From NCBI RefSeq assembly GCF_018977255.1, contig NW_024704742.1, forward strand, positions 36,396,001 through 36,456,000: 60,000 nt of DNA, in the 5' to 3' direction. Shown in pieces: positions 13,493 to 26,888 of this stretch. This DNA comes from Callorhinchus milii (taxonomy: Eukaryota). Numbering within the stretch: the stretch's first letter is position 1; each line of letters opens with the position of its first letter. The notes below the pieces were generated by a model, which ran no database searches, was not told the origin of the DNA, and worked only from the letters and a program-made list of their open reading frames with translations. The position numbers and the translations under genes were made by a program.

Positions 13493-14717
13493 CTAAACAA
13501 GGTATCAAGAATAATATGGGAAATATTAATCAGAATTACAGCATCACGAAGACACCTTTTTATCTAGTTGCAAATATTTTTTAGGTACAGATATACACAA
13601 GCAGCAGAATAACAGCAGGTGGCAGTACAGACTGCAAATGAAACGTGCTTTCACACAAACAGTTTCGAGAGTGGACGGGAAACAGGTTTTATGTTTTACA
13701 GCGCAGAGGTGAAAATGGGTGTACTGCACATTTGGAACTTGTAATCTTTTCTGGAATGGAAAGATAAATGGTTTGTTACAGAGAGTATATTTATTTACTA
13801 ATGGTTAACTTACCAAAAATAAGCATTACAAAATCATAATCAAATGCAATATAGAACTCCCCACTGACTTTAGACTGAAGGAAAGAACTTGCATTTTTAT
13901 AGCACATTACATTGAAATGTCTCCACATGTTTCAAATAAAATAACAACCAAATTCACTTTATAGGCAAATGTGGCAGCTATTTTGCTCCATAAAGGTCCC
14001 AGGAACAGTCATGACGTGAATGACCAATTAATCTGGATTGCTGTTCTGGATACTGGGAGAAATGTCCTTCTTTTATTGAATAGAATCATAGGATCAAAGC
14101 GCATAGATCAGAAGTCTACCTTAGCTATGCCAAAATATAGCACATTAACAAAAATTACAGGGCAAGCCTCTTGTGTCCTCCAGGAAGCAAAAAATAAATC
14201 AATTGCACATCTAGAAATTGAAATGAAATAATTGAGACTTTGTTCCTAACACCACAGGCAGGAATGCTAAATTATTTAAGATCAAATAGATGGACAACTT
14301 GACTTCCTTATTTTTCAATGCAATCCTTACTCGGGCATTGATACATGAACTGCTAAATGTTACGATCTTGGTATTTATTTGATGAAGCCTATGGTTGAGG
14401 CATTCCTAAAACAATGTACAGTTTCACCATCATATTGTCTAATGGTTTGGATTTGTGCTCACCACACGACTTAGTGATCTGGCAAGTTAATCAATCTCAT
14501 GTTTGAAATGTCACTTATGATTTGATCAACTTCTGTAAAGGAAAAAAAATGAGTTAACATTCTAATTAATTTTCAAACGCCAAAGAGGTTTTTAAATCCC
14601 ATTAATCAGTTTACACATCGTCCGAAGAAAAAAGGCAGCCAAGCTTTACAGCACCCAGATGCTTAATGATTCATGAAGTCGTGCAGAGATTATTTGTTCA
14701 GTTTCAACAGCACTCAC

Positions 14718-14948
14718 CAGCAGACTGGTAGACTCCTGTTCATTTTCTGGTAAATACGCATAATGTACATAAAACATGTCATTCCGCACCATCTTCTTCC
14801 TCATTCGACAGGGTCCCTCTGGCATTTCAAGCATCCACTTATCTAGATGTGACCCGATAGGAGGACCCCACAAGCCTCTCTCTCGCAGTAACTCGTTCTC
14901 TATCTGAGCCCATTCCTCCGTTACATATTTCAGGGCATTTTGTTGTCG
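14718..14948 (-). CDS. WDFY3: WDFY3 exon (231 nt) RQQNALKYVTEEWAQIENELLRERGLWGPPIGSHLDKWMLEMPEGPCRMRKKM...STSLL
   Basis: Within ORF 14646..14954; acceptor TTTGCAG, donor GTGAGT. Confidence 0.96.
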
Positions 14949-15884
14949 CTGCAAATAAGAATTAAGGTTCTAAAGTAAGTGGATGCAAAGAAAGGTGTAC
15001 ACCAAGACGAGACAAAAAGTTTCCAGATACTATGTCAACATAACATTCATTGAATAAAATATATTTCCCTAATAGATCCAATTCTGTTGAAGTCATTTGA
15101 GGTAGTAGAATAGAAGAGGGTACAGAGAAAAAGGGGGAAACTATAATTAAAACAGTTAGCTCCAATGGTTGAGTTTAGGCTAGTTGGTCTGAATAGCTCC
15201 CTTGTATGCTGTAATTTCTATGATTCAATGTCAATACTGTCTTGAAAAAGCATAATTTTGTAAAACTCTTTTTGCATCAAGGGTCTTGCACACATGACTC
15301 ACAAATTTGGAGATAGTTCTTATCAAGGCAATTTTGGTCTATACTTTTAAAAGAGCAAAATGGTCACAGACTAATTTTCTGATAATTGTAAGTCAGAGAA
15401 AAAAAATTAAGAGCAAACGCAAACCAATCATCTTTTAGCACTCACCTACATCAACCTAGAGGCCAATGACGTTGTACCTCATTTATACTGCGTCTTGGCA
15501 CTTTGATGCTAAATGTTGCAGAGTACATGGTGATTCAGCGGCTGTGAATTGTGTTGGACACCAAATCTGACACCACAAAAGGTTTCAGTAACAGTGCAAC
15601 TCGCCTCACTGTAAACGCAGTAGGTGTAAATCCCGCTGGGCTCCCCCCCATGAACTGCCGAACCAACAGATGATTTGAGAGTACAGTGGATCGGATACTT
15701 AATAATATGATTTTTTTTAAGTGACATGATGCAAAACTGCAGCATTATGTTAAAAAAAAGTCTGGTTCAGAGTCACAAATGGTAAATTGACCCTTTGAGT
15801 CACTGATAATCTATGTATGTGACTGATCTTTTATCACACTGCCAAAACACTCCAGACTCAACTTCAAAAGTCCTCACCAGCTTT

Positions 15885-16544
15885 CTCCACACTGCCGCCC
15901 CCACCCCGACTTGCACAAAATATCACATGGCCATCACCCCCACCGACCAGGCTCTACTGACTCCCGGTCTGCAAGCAGATCAACTTCAATGTTCGTACCC
16001 TCACAACAAATCACGCTTCACACGCTCACAGCTCAGCAAACTCAATCTGCTGCACATCCTCCCAGATTACCATTGGCAGCCGATCCTTCAGGCACTATAA
16101 TCCCCATTCTCTGGAATTCTCTCTTTATCTCTCCATCTTGTCCCATCTCTAAAAACATCTGGTCCCTGAACAGGACTGCTTTCTTCCACCTCCGCCACAT
16201 TGCCCGCCTCCGACCGTACCTTACCCCAAGTGCAGGCGAAACCCTCGTGCACGTGTTTGCCTCCCGCTTGGATTACTCCAACCCACTTCTTGCCGGTCTC
16301 CTCAGCTCCACTATTCACAAGATGCAGCTCATTCAGAACTCTGCCGCCTGCATAATGACCCGGACCAAACTCCCCTCTCTTGCCCCCTCTCTCCCCGCTT
16401 TCAAGTCCTGCCTGAAAACTTTCCTCTTCGAACGTGCTCATAGCCACTTCCCCCCTCCCCCCGGCTCGGAGTCAGGGTCCGCCACTGTTAAGTGCTATGG
16501 GACGCTACCCTGCATGGAGGGTGCTATATAAGTGCCAGTTGTTG
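15885..16544 (+). mobile_element. L2 LINE 3' fragments
   Basis: AFFHLRHIARLRPYLT...SRLDYSN..LAGL...LIQNSAA (L2 ORF2 C-terminus) and GTTGTTG tail. Confidence 0.8.
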
Positions 16545-17270
16545 TAAAAACCTAACACTTCGACCATGCCAACAGTCACCCCTCCCAGTTCAATGTTTGG
16601 CACTGACTCTGTAAAATGCTCTGAGATATTACTCTACGTGAAAGGAACTATATAAATGTAAGCAGAGGTTGATGGATAATATGCAGAGAACTTCAAGTGA
16701 AGTAACAGATGTTCCTCATGTGCAAATGCTGCTGAACCCTGCGGAAACAGCACTGTCTCCAAGTTTAAGAAGATAAATTCAAAAGGCAAGTGATGTGAAA
16801 GGGAAGTATATACACAGTACGAAATTGGAGTAGAACAAAAGAATGCCAACTGTCTTGTGTAAGATTTAAGTAAGCCCAAGGGATTTAGAAAAAATATTAA
16901 AGATTTTCTCTTGGATTTTCTATGTTATTTTTACTTCTGTGTGCAATGCTATTGCTGGTTTGAACACCGTTTTTTTCTTGAAATAATGAGTCCTGTGATA
17001 CAACATCAACGTCAAAGCAAGTGGTGCAACTAAAAAAAACTTTCTTTTTCTTTCGTTTCCAAGAACTGGAAAATAGAAAGTCAATCTTCAGCACAGCGCA
17101 GCTGGAAGTTTAAAAAAACACTGCACATCTAAGGCAAATTCTGAGAATCTGCCTATGTATATATACATCATTTAGTGTATCCTCCCTTGATGGGATCACT
17201 GCATATAACTAAATCTTTGAATACTGGCTCAGAAGAGATGGGATTAATAAACTGAATGCCTCAGTAAATA

Positions 17271-17588
17271 CAGTAGAGCCCCATTATAAGGTGCTAGCAA
17301 GCGGGGCTCATAAAATTTCAACCCATCCTATAATGGGGCAAGAGCAGCCTATATGTCCGCAAAGCTGCCTGGTTTCTTACCCACTAACAATGTGTATGTG
17401 CAACAAGCAGCACAGCATTGGCAATGGCGTGATGACCTAGAAGGGAAGCTGATCATTTGTTAGCAAGAAGGAAGTTATCGAGTTGGTCCGTGCACTCAAA
17501 CTAACTGGCGTTCCACGGGGCAACTGCCTTCTAAGCAATCCAGCATCATAAGAGAATTATAGAGGAAGCTTTATAATAGGTTCTATTG
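17271..17588. mobile_element. Tc1/pogo(Tigger)-type MITE, degenerate
   Basis: TA|CAGTAGAGCCCCATTATAA ... TTATAATAGGTTCTATTG|TA imperfect terminal inverted repeats with TA flanks. Confidence 0.55.
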
Positions 17589-17669
17589 TAGCTCTTGGAC
17601 AGCTCCAACACGCATTGAGCCTTCGGCTCACCATGCAAATACAATATTAATAATAAATGGAACCCTTAC

Positions 17670-17747
17670 CTCCTGATACTCTTTATACTGCATATCCAAT
17701 AAATCCCGCACAACGGCAATGTGAGTAAACATCCACTGCGAGGCTTC
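17670..17747 (-). CDS. WDFY3: WDFY3 exon (78 nt) EASQWMFTHIAVVRDLLDMQYKEYQE
   Basis: Acceptor CCGCTCAG, donor GTAAGG; phase 0-0. Confidence 0.93.
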
Positions 17748-18450
17748 CTGAGCGGAAAAAAGCAAATCAGGAAGCTGTAGTATTCACATCTGAAATGTCA
17801 AATGTTTATAAAGCCATCGTTGCAAGCATTCAAGTTATCTTGTCTAATGTCATGGAGATACGGTGACTCTGTGATCAGTATGTCATCCATCCAGGCAGAT
17901 CGAGAACAGCTGCCTACGCTACATTGAATACTCTTAATCGATGTATAAATTGCCTACTTGTACAAAGTCGCTTTTTTTAAAATAAATTCAACTCAAGCAG
18001 TCCAAAGAGCCAGTGATTGATAAATCGAGGAAGTGAAGGGTCAAGCAGGAACAGAGCGACAGGGAGAGGATAAGGGAGTCAGTCTACTGCTGGTTACATT
18101 GGCAGGCATGTGAATCGCTACAACATAAATTTCACTTTCTAGGATGAGTCTGGTTTATACTAGAACAAATCACATTGTAGAAGTTGGACCTATACACAGT
18201 GTATTGTATATGAGAGGTTTTTACGTGAGTCTATATTGGGATTGTAGCTCTAAAATATAACCAACAACACATGGTTAGGGTCACAGCATTGCTAAACAAC
18301 ATACTGTATTACTGCTCGTTTAAATTACATGGCCTTTTGCTGCTTAGCATGTATTGGAATACTACACTTGTATCGGCATCAGAGGCGTTGTTATTCTCCC
18401 TTAGACGTGCGGCTCGCTCAGACAGGACAGGGTAAAACTAGACCATCTAC

Positions 18451-18611
18451 CTGTGCTGTGAGGTGGTTTTTACTGATCCCACTTTCCTTCCGGTTTCGCC
18501 TGGAACCAGTCAGCTTTGACAGACCAAATCCACTGCTAACCCGTGACAATTTGGATTGTGCGGCTGGTGCTACAGTTGTCTCACCTCTGCTGATGTATTT
18601 CTTTTCATGGG
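18451..18611 (-). CDS. WDFY3: WDFY3 exon (161 nt) AHEKKYISRGETTVAPAAQSKLSRVSSGFGLSKLTGSRRNRKES...LTAQ
   Basis: Within ORF 18418..18663; acceptor TATGTAG, donor GTAGAT. Confidence 0.95.
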
Positions 18612-19929
18612 CTACATAATGGGCAAAAAATGGGGAGAGAAAGAAATCAGTCAGTTTGCTCATTCCAGTGATCCATTGTTGAAAAGCAACAGGAAGGAAA
18701 TTAAAACCTGTGAAAAATTGTCAATGAAAACTAGTAACTTCTAAAATCTCTTGTGCAACCAATACAATCAATTTCTGGACATAAACACAGCAGTGAATCA
18801 ACATCTTGTCAAAACTAAATATGCTACACTTAGTGGTCTTGTAAACTAACTATTTGGGTTGGAGTTACAGAGGGTGGGTGCAGAAAGGCTAAAGACCCAA
18901 CCTCCGATGGTAGAGAGACCTGTAACACACGGTGACGTTGCACAGAATGAACAGTGCCTTATCAAGATTACAATTTTAGGCAGCCCATGAATCAGATGCT
19001 AATCTGATAAACGGGGGAGATTGGCATATACTTCAGAGTTGCCTGTGTTTTTTAAATGTATATCTGAACTTTTATACAAATACCATACAACAGTTGTTTT
19101 ACACCAGCCGATTAGACAGCCAATTTTCTCTACAATATTATCTCCCCACATCCTGAACTTCAGGCGGCCTATACAGAACTAGCAGTGTACTGTTGAGCAT
19201 GAGATCCTTTTTGTAATCTGAGGTGCATATTTAGATTATTGGCTGGTGATGGGTTTCCACATGTGTTAGAAAAAAAATCTCCAGGGAGAATGCACATTCC
19301 ATTCCAGACACAGGGAAATTTCCATGTACAGGTGGCATACATATGTGGAGCTCAGTCTGGTTTGGATATTCTTAAGCAAGATAATGGGTTTCCTTGTATC
19401 TTTTTTTTGTCAGCCAGGTGTCCAACACATGCAGAAACCCATCACCGTGTTTAAGAATATCCAAACTAAAAAGAGTTCCATGCATCACACCTATACATGG
19501 AAATTCCTGTGTATTGGAATGGAATGTGCATTTTGCTTACATAATTTCAAAGAGTATTAGGCACAGCCACGCAAGAACCAAGGCTTAGGGACCCCAGGGG
19601 TCAGTTGGGATACTACTGGAGTTTAACCAGCTAAAACCGCATAGCTTGCCATTGAAAGCTCCGCTTGACAAGCTTTCCTGCTGCTCATTCAGCAAGCACC
19701 ACCCTACTTCATCTTACTATCCACTATCATCTTCACATGCCCCTGTAGAAATGTGGTTAACATGGTCCAAAGGCAAGGTTTTGTAAGAGGAAAAATGCAC
19801 ATTTCAAGTGAAATATTGTGGAACATGTCAGAAGGAAATCAATATCAGGTCACGTAAGGTCACTTATAAATATTAGTAGATCTGTTAGAGCCTTTCAAGT
19901 TCCTAATTAGGTGATCAAATCAATATCAA

Positions 19930-20065
19930 CTGCTGTGCGCAATTGGCTGCCGCATTTCACCCACAAATATAGTCAATTCACTTTACAGTCGATTCTGTCA
20001 AGCGCTTTGAGACGTCTAGAAGTCGTGAAAAGCCTATATCAAATGCAATGATTATTATTATTATT
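19930..20065 (+). mobile_element. SINE 3' half
   Basis: TGCTGTGCGCAATTGGCTGCCGC...AAGCGCTTTGAGACG...ATTATTATT. Confidence 0.7.
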
Positions 20066-20206
20066 GGACAATTGTTGGGGCAGTGAAGAGGAAATGCTTG
20101 AAATAAACAAAAATCCATTTTACTGGTTTGCTTTCGTAAACCCAGAAAAACTGGACATTTGTTTTGTTCAGTTTAAAAAATTATAGTGTTACAATAATAC
20201 AAAGCA

Positions 20207-20668
20207 AATTTACATTTGTATAGCACCTTTCATGTCTGGAGACGTCCCAAGGCACTGGATAGTCCAAGGTTTGCAGCCGAGTAGGGGTGGGGCTTGAGGG
20301 AGTGTGGAGAGGTGGAGGGAAAGAAAGATTGCTTAAAGTGCAATCAAAGGGTAAGGTTTTGAGGTAGACCATGAAGGAAGCAAGAGAAGGGCAGAGCGGA
20401 AGGGACTCTGGGATGAAGTTCCAGAGGGCACGGGCAGATATGTTGAAAGCCTTACCGCTGATTGCAGGGGTGGGGTGGGTGGCACGGAGAAGGTGAAGCA
20501 GGCTGGTGACTGCTGAGCAGAGGAAGGGGCCGAGTTGGTAAAATTTGAGGAGGATACAGAGGTAGTTTGGGGCAAGACCATGGAGGGAATTAAAGGTTAG
20601 GACAAGAAACTTGAACTTGATCCGCAGGGGGATGGGGAACCAGTGGAGCTTGGCAAGGATGGGGGTAT
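20207..20668 (-). mobile_element. L2 LINE 3' fragment
   Basis: TPILAKLHWFPIPLRIKFK...LHGLAPNYL...LWN and L2 tail. Confidence 0.8.
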
Positions 20669-22082
20669 TCAAAATATAGTAAATATATATATAATATATA
20701 TCTACACATACAGTATTTGTTTATCATAGAAATTTACAGCATAGGATCGCGCTATTCTGTTTCTCTGAAAGAGCTAGAGCTCTCTGCTTAGTTCCTTTCT
20801 CCTGCCTTTCCCCCAATATCCTTTTGGCCTGCAAATACAGTTGCTACTCTTTACAGAAAAACTTTGCAAAGCATGTTTAGACATTTCAACTGATAAAGCA
20901 CCATATCAAATGTAAGGACTATTTATTATTCGACAAGTAATTATATTTCTAAAAAAGCCGAATAAGATCACTAGAAGAAGGTAATGTGTCACAACACCGA
21001 TCAGTTAAGGCGCTTAAAGTATTACTGTCAGGTATTTTGATTAAAATTACAGTCCTTACTGTTTAGAAGATTTCACAGTAAGGGATACTAAAGTAGTTCC
21101 TCCTCCCCAATCCCTCTTTTTATAGTGACCTGAGCTGTTCTACAATGAATGTCAGAAATAATTGCCACTGGATTTGGTGAACGGATAATCAGAACATAAT
21201 GGGTTTTGTACAAATAGGAATTCTAATTGAAAATGGAACAAGTCAATAACATTGCCAATCTGCACAATCCTATATGAAATATTTATGTATTTATTTCGTG
21301 AAGGCAGCTTCTGAGACGAGGTTGGAGAAACTGACTGTCCCAGTTCCAATTTAGCGGAGTATTTTTGAAAAGTATTCACACCAAAATGTGAAGAAGCCAG
21401 CATTTGTAAATTAAAACTATGGTTAGGAAGTAAAAAATCAAATTCCACCAGATTAATTTTTGAAGCTTGGGGCTGTATGCATCTGCCATCATCTCTCCGC
21501 CCCACATTAAAATGATGTCAGCAAGGAAGCCAGCCTGCAAGGAGGACACAAGCAACACAGCAACAGACTAGTGCTGATTTAATTACCTGCCACTGCCACT
21601 TGCAGGCAGATATACAAGATTTGTTACATGGCATCACACAAAATCTTATTGTGCAAAACAGCAGGAGTTGGGATAGAGTTTATTAAAATTACATTTCCTT
21701 AGTCAAGGGAATAGTGTGCTGTCCTCCACTGTAATTTTAACGTTTGAAAGCTAAGTGATCAATTTCTTTCTGAACAGTTTCAAAGCCAAATTATAATGTA
21801 AGTGGCAGTAAATAGGAACCGATTGTTGATTGTTTTACAGCAGACAAAAATCAACTTTCAATTGTGTGACTGCAGTAAGCTGTTTTCATGTAGAATGATT
21901 TCAGTTACTGAATTATATTAGCACTGCTTGAAGCTGAGGAGCATATTCCAAAATAAAAATTAGGGCTCATTTGTGGGTGGACGGCACTCATAAATTAGGG
22001 TTGGTCCACTGTTGAACACTAACAGATCATAACAGTAACTGGCCTCATATCGCAGCATTTTTCCTTTGCAGATTTAAAGTGC

Positions 22083-22370
22083 AATAATAATAATCCTTCC
22101 AATTTGATATAGTGCCTTAACATGTCTTCGAGATGTCTCAAACCGCTTCACAGAATATACAATAAAGTGAACTGACTGTATATTTTGTGAGTGAAATGTG
22201 GCAGCCAATTGTGCACAACAGTGTCCCACAAACAGTCGTGGATTGAGTGAACAAATTATTTTTTTTAAAAAATATTAATAATAATCCTTATAATTTGATA
22301 TAGTGCCTATCAAGACAATGCTATAGAGACATTGTGAGATGTTGCACTGCTGAGACTGATGGCTGATGTC
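22083..22370 (-). mobile_element. Two tandem degenerate SINE 3' fragments
   Basis: AATAATAATCCTT...TTTGATATAGTGCC...CTCAAA tail motif occurs twice. Confidence 0.6.
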
Positions 22371-22848
22371 TCAAAGCACCTCACAGGACACACTGCAAAG
22401 TTTGACTGTGTATTTTGTGGGCAAAACTTATTTTGTTAAGAGATGAGATGAGGGAGCATTACCTCACCCAGAGGGCGGTGAGAGTATAAGACAATGAAAG
22501 GAAACAAAGATTAATCAGGGGCAGGTTAGCATGGTTTCTTTTTTGAAAGAGGAAAACGAAAGTGGAAACCAATCTATAACAATATATTAGTTCTTAACGA
22601 ATTGTAACTAAAATATGATGCTTGTAAATGATCAGCAATATAAGTGTGTGCATACATGTGTGGTGGGGGAGGCAGAGAATCAAGAGGCAGACAACACTTA
22701 CAGGAACAGAGGAGCAGGAAAGAAAATAGGCCAGAGAGTTTTCACATTAATAATAGAATAAGTACTTGCAATTCCCTAGACACTGCATTAATATTGCCCA
22801 CTCCCTCCTCTGAGTCTTATAGTTTATTGGTGTAGCAAAGAGGGAAGA

Positions 22849-22851
<3 letters not shown>

Positions 22852-22881
<30 letters not shown>
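22852..22881. repeat. (TC)n microsatellite
   Basis: Direct reading. Confidence 0.9.
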
Positions 22882-22883
<2 letters not shown>

Positions 22884-23554
22884 GCACACAAATGCTCCTG
22901 AGGACTGTACTTCAAAAAGAAGAGAAACATGTACTTTAGAGGTAAAAATATCTGCAGTGTCAATGGAATGTGTGGCTTTGAAATATTTATTGCGAAAGCA
23001 AATCACTGTTGTGACAAAATTGAGATAACTGGAAGCCTGGAGGTTGTAGGGCGAGTGTGAACATGAGAGTTTTATTTAGCTTCCCTGAATTCTCTCTCTC
23101 AAAGTCAGGCGTCTCCTACACCCAAAAAGAGCAGTGAGAGAAGGAAAAGGAGGTTGTAGTTAACCCACACAGCACCTTTCTGATCTTGAGTGACTGCCCA
23201 GAGGCACGCAAGATCAGCCTTCCATTCCAGGCCACATTAATACAACACCGTACTTTCTCCTCGATTTACTCTGATGTTTCAGAAAAGTTCTGTTCTGTGC
23301 GATACAAAATGAAAGCAGCTCAGGTTTTGCAAAAAAACAGGTTTGAGCTCTGTTCTTCCACAAATTATCTGTCCAGAAATGGAATACTTACATTTTATAC
23401 AGCATCTGGTGTGTAGCTAACTTGCACCAGCATCATTATCGCACAATAAGGAATAATATATAAATGACAGAGTGTGATCATTATCTGGGCATTTTTAGAT
23501 TAGCAGGAATATTGACCAGGGCAATGGGAACATTTTCAAAATAGTTCCTTGAAA

Positions 23555-23785
23555 TCATTAAGGGGACAGGTTAGGAGATTTTTTTCACACAGAGTAGTTA
23601 GGATATGGAGTGCACTGCTGAGACTGATGGTTGAGGTAGAATCCATATTGACTTTCAAATGGAGTTAGCTGCAAGGGTACGGTGACAGAGCAAGAAAATG
23701 GGACTGAAAGGATTGCTCTTAAAAGAGCCAGCGCAGACATGATGGATCAAATGGTCTTCTCTGTTGTAAATTCCTATGGTTCTAC
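23555..23785 (+). mobile_element. CR1 LINE 3' fragment
   Basis: TTTTTCACACAGAGTAGTTAGGATATGG...TTGTAAATTCCTATGGTTCT tail. Confidence 0.6.
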
Positions 23786-25832
23786 CAATCTTTGGGAAGA
23801 GGGATTCTTCGCTTTCGGCTCCCATTAACCTTGTACTCCAAAGCTCTAATGGGTAGGGTGGTACTACCAGGAAGCTTGCCAGGAACTGTTCACAATGTAT
23901 GCTTCATGGAGTTAGATCCCACCAGGATCCATCACAAGCTCTGGAGTTCCCAAGCCTTGGCCTTGCTAACCTATTTTGTATTTATTAGACACATGATTGA
24001 CCAACATTTAACATTTTTTTGTGAATGATTGATATACCAAGTGGATGCTGGGAAACAACAGGATGTGGTAAGCATCAATTTCCTTTAAGTATTGAATAAA
24101 GTACCACCTGAGAGACTGCTTTAGAAATGAATGTGATAAGGAGAGATAGGGAGGGTGCCATGCAGACAGGTATTGAGTTGGTGTCTCACTTATCTGTGCT
24201 GGGCATCTGCTATTCTCAGTATACATGAATGATCTGAAATTTGCTGACTCAGTGTGAGATAATCAACTTTGCAGATCCTGCACTGACTGAAGAAATTGCT
24301 GTGAATTGTCAGCAAATCCATTCTATGAACCTGTTTTGTTTGTTACTCACAACCCCACATTCTCAATTTCATTTTCAGTATTTTAGCTTAATATCCTTGA
24401 CGTTCAGCAGCAACCACAATTCTGAATTTCATTTAAAACCAGCAACACTGCAACAATCATTTGCCAAAGAAGCAGTCAAGTGCTAAGGCTTCTAGATTTC
24501 TATAATACCATGTTATTAGCAGGGTTAGGTAGTGTGTAAGAATGGCGCAGGGAATGGACAACTAAGGTCAGAAGCTCATCCCAATGTGGAGAATTGTTTG
24601 AGCACCAACCCAGTCATTCTGTTCAAGAGTGGTCAAGATCAGGTCAGGATTGTGACTGTAAGAGCTGGGAGAGTGGTTCAGAAGTTATTTTATTCTATGT
24701 GGAAGGTTATTAGAACTGTGTCATAAGTGGTTGAGGTTAGGACTCTAACATTTAAAAGAGAATTGGATAAACATGTGAAGAGGAATACAATACATATTAT
24801 ACAATTAACATTTATATAGCACTTTCCACGTTTCCACGTGAGGATGTCTTAAAGCACTTAAACAATATTAAGAGGGTAAGGGGACAGAGCAGTGAATTTG
24901 GATTAGAGCCTGTAGCTCCAGTGGCAGAGATAGCACAAACATAGATCAATTGGCTCAATTCACATGCTACAACAGGTAATACACATCCATTCACAATTTA
25001 CTTTGGCTGCATCCAAGTTGAATTTGTTATCAGAATAAATAAATAATGAAAAATGATGCACATTAAGGAAGAAATCAGTGCTGTGTAGAAACTGGTGGAC
25101 TCCAGCAGCTTCTTGTTGAAAAGGAGAAACAAATTGCCAATAGCTATCCCGACCCACCCCACTTCTAATATAGACACCCAACAACTAGCCTCCCAGATAC
25201 ATACACCTAATCCCAGCCTTTCTTATTATTTTCATAATTGTATTACATATTGTTCAGAGAAATGGATCCGTGTTAATTATGGTCAAGGCTGGCAGTCTTT
25301 TGTTTGGTTGTGTCTATTTTTCAATGTTTCTTGTTTTAACAGTGAGCATTCAAGACATTATCAGAATACTGGGTTAAAGGAATTACTGAGCTGACCGTTT
25401 TGGAACTGAGTCAATAGTTGTAGAATTAGACATAAAGCCCAAGGCTTATATACACTAAACTCCGCCTGTTAATGCAGCTTCCTCACACTCCAAGCTAATA
25501 TGCCTGTGATACCAGCTGCACCATTGTTCAATCAAAAGTTATTTTAAAAATGACAAACTAAAGAGGGAAAAAAATAAATAGATGTTGGCAGGAATAACTC
25601 TTGGTAATAATATTCTGCTATTTAAAAAAAGGGAAGCTGAATGTCTATGAAACTGTATCCAATACATTTTATGAGTGAGCTATATCTTCTGTATTATCTA
25701 ATAAATGATCTAATACAACACTTATGATTAATGTGTCTTAAATCAAGAGAAATTATCCTCAACTCCATGAATATTATTCATTGAGAATTACCCTTTAGTT
25801 CACTTAAAATAGCTTCTGACAGCAGTTCCTAC

Positions 25833-26015
25833 CTAAGTGGTTCTGCCAGCATTTTAAAGTAGCATCCTCAAGAAGTGATCGAGCGCTGTTCAAATCCACA
25901 AGTCCACGCTCATTTGTAGGTAGTGTTATTTTAAAAATGTCCTCCAGAGCTTGTTTTTTGCCAACAATTAGCTCAGTCCACACCCGGCTTACGGCTTTGA
26001 GTAGAAGCTGACGAC
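25833..26015 (-). CDS. WDFY3: WDFY3 exon (183 nt) GRQLLLKAVSRVWTELIVGKKQALEDIFK...LKCWQNHL
   Basis: Acceptor CGTTTAG, donor GTAGGA; not in the ORF track. Confidence 0.94.
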
Positions 26016-26174
26016 CTAAACGACATTTTTAAAAAAAAAACATACGTTAATCCCATTTTTAATTATCAGAATTCCTAAATGTATTAAACTAAACACAGAT
26101 AGAAACACAAGGTTGATTCCTTCATCATGAAATCAATGACTAGCTTGCACCAATTTTCTTTCCCCTCCACTCAG

Positions 26175-26888
26175 TGGCAGACTGGCTCCCCGAAAGGGCT
26201 GCGACTTTGAAAGGGACTTCCCAGTACCTGCCATCCATCCACTGAGGGTTCAAACCCACGTTTATTGGATGTTAAACTAGTGACTATCCCCCTTTGGGTG
26301 GGTTGGCAGGGTGTCCAACTGAACTGGTTCCATTCGCATAGGAATGTCAGAATCAAGCCCATCCTCTGTAGCGGTCTCGGCAGTGCAGTTCCTGAGCTAG
26401 TAAGCCAGGCGAGTCCACAGTATTCCAGGGCACTGTTGACAGTTCAGCCAATGTGGCTCATCAGCAGGACTTGGAAGAGCAGATCAATCACTTGGGCGGG
26501 GATTCTTCCCACCCATTACCCATTAACCCTCAAGCCAAAGCCCTAACGGGTTGAGTTGTCTTAGCTGGACAAGCAGTGGGAAAGCTTGCCAGGCAGTGCT
26601 ATCAATGGCAAACTGTGTGGTTTTAGCTGGTTAGTCTCCAGCAGTACTTCAACACACACTCTGCGGTCCCTAGCCTTGGCTCTTGCCAACCTGTGCCTAA
26701 TACTTCCTGTAATTAAGTAAGCAGGATACATCCCTCCAGGGAGAGAGTACACATTCCATTCCAACAAACATCTCTGGAATTTCCATGTATAGGTGGGATG
26801 CATGCAACTCATGGTGTGGTTTGGATGCTCTTAAGCTTGTTGATGGGTTTCCACATGTGTCAGGACACCCAGCTGACCAAAAAAAAAC
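26175..26888 (+). repeat. Unclassified interspersed repeat, longest copy (relatives at ~9935-10280 plus, ~19245-19700 minus, ~51265-51720 minus)
   Basis: Shared blocks GATTCTTCCCAC, CAAGCCAAAGCCCTA, TTTTAGCTGGTTA, CACATTCCATTCCA and GCTGAC(C)-oligo-A end. Confidence 0.65.
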
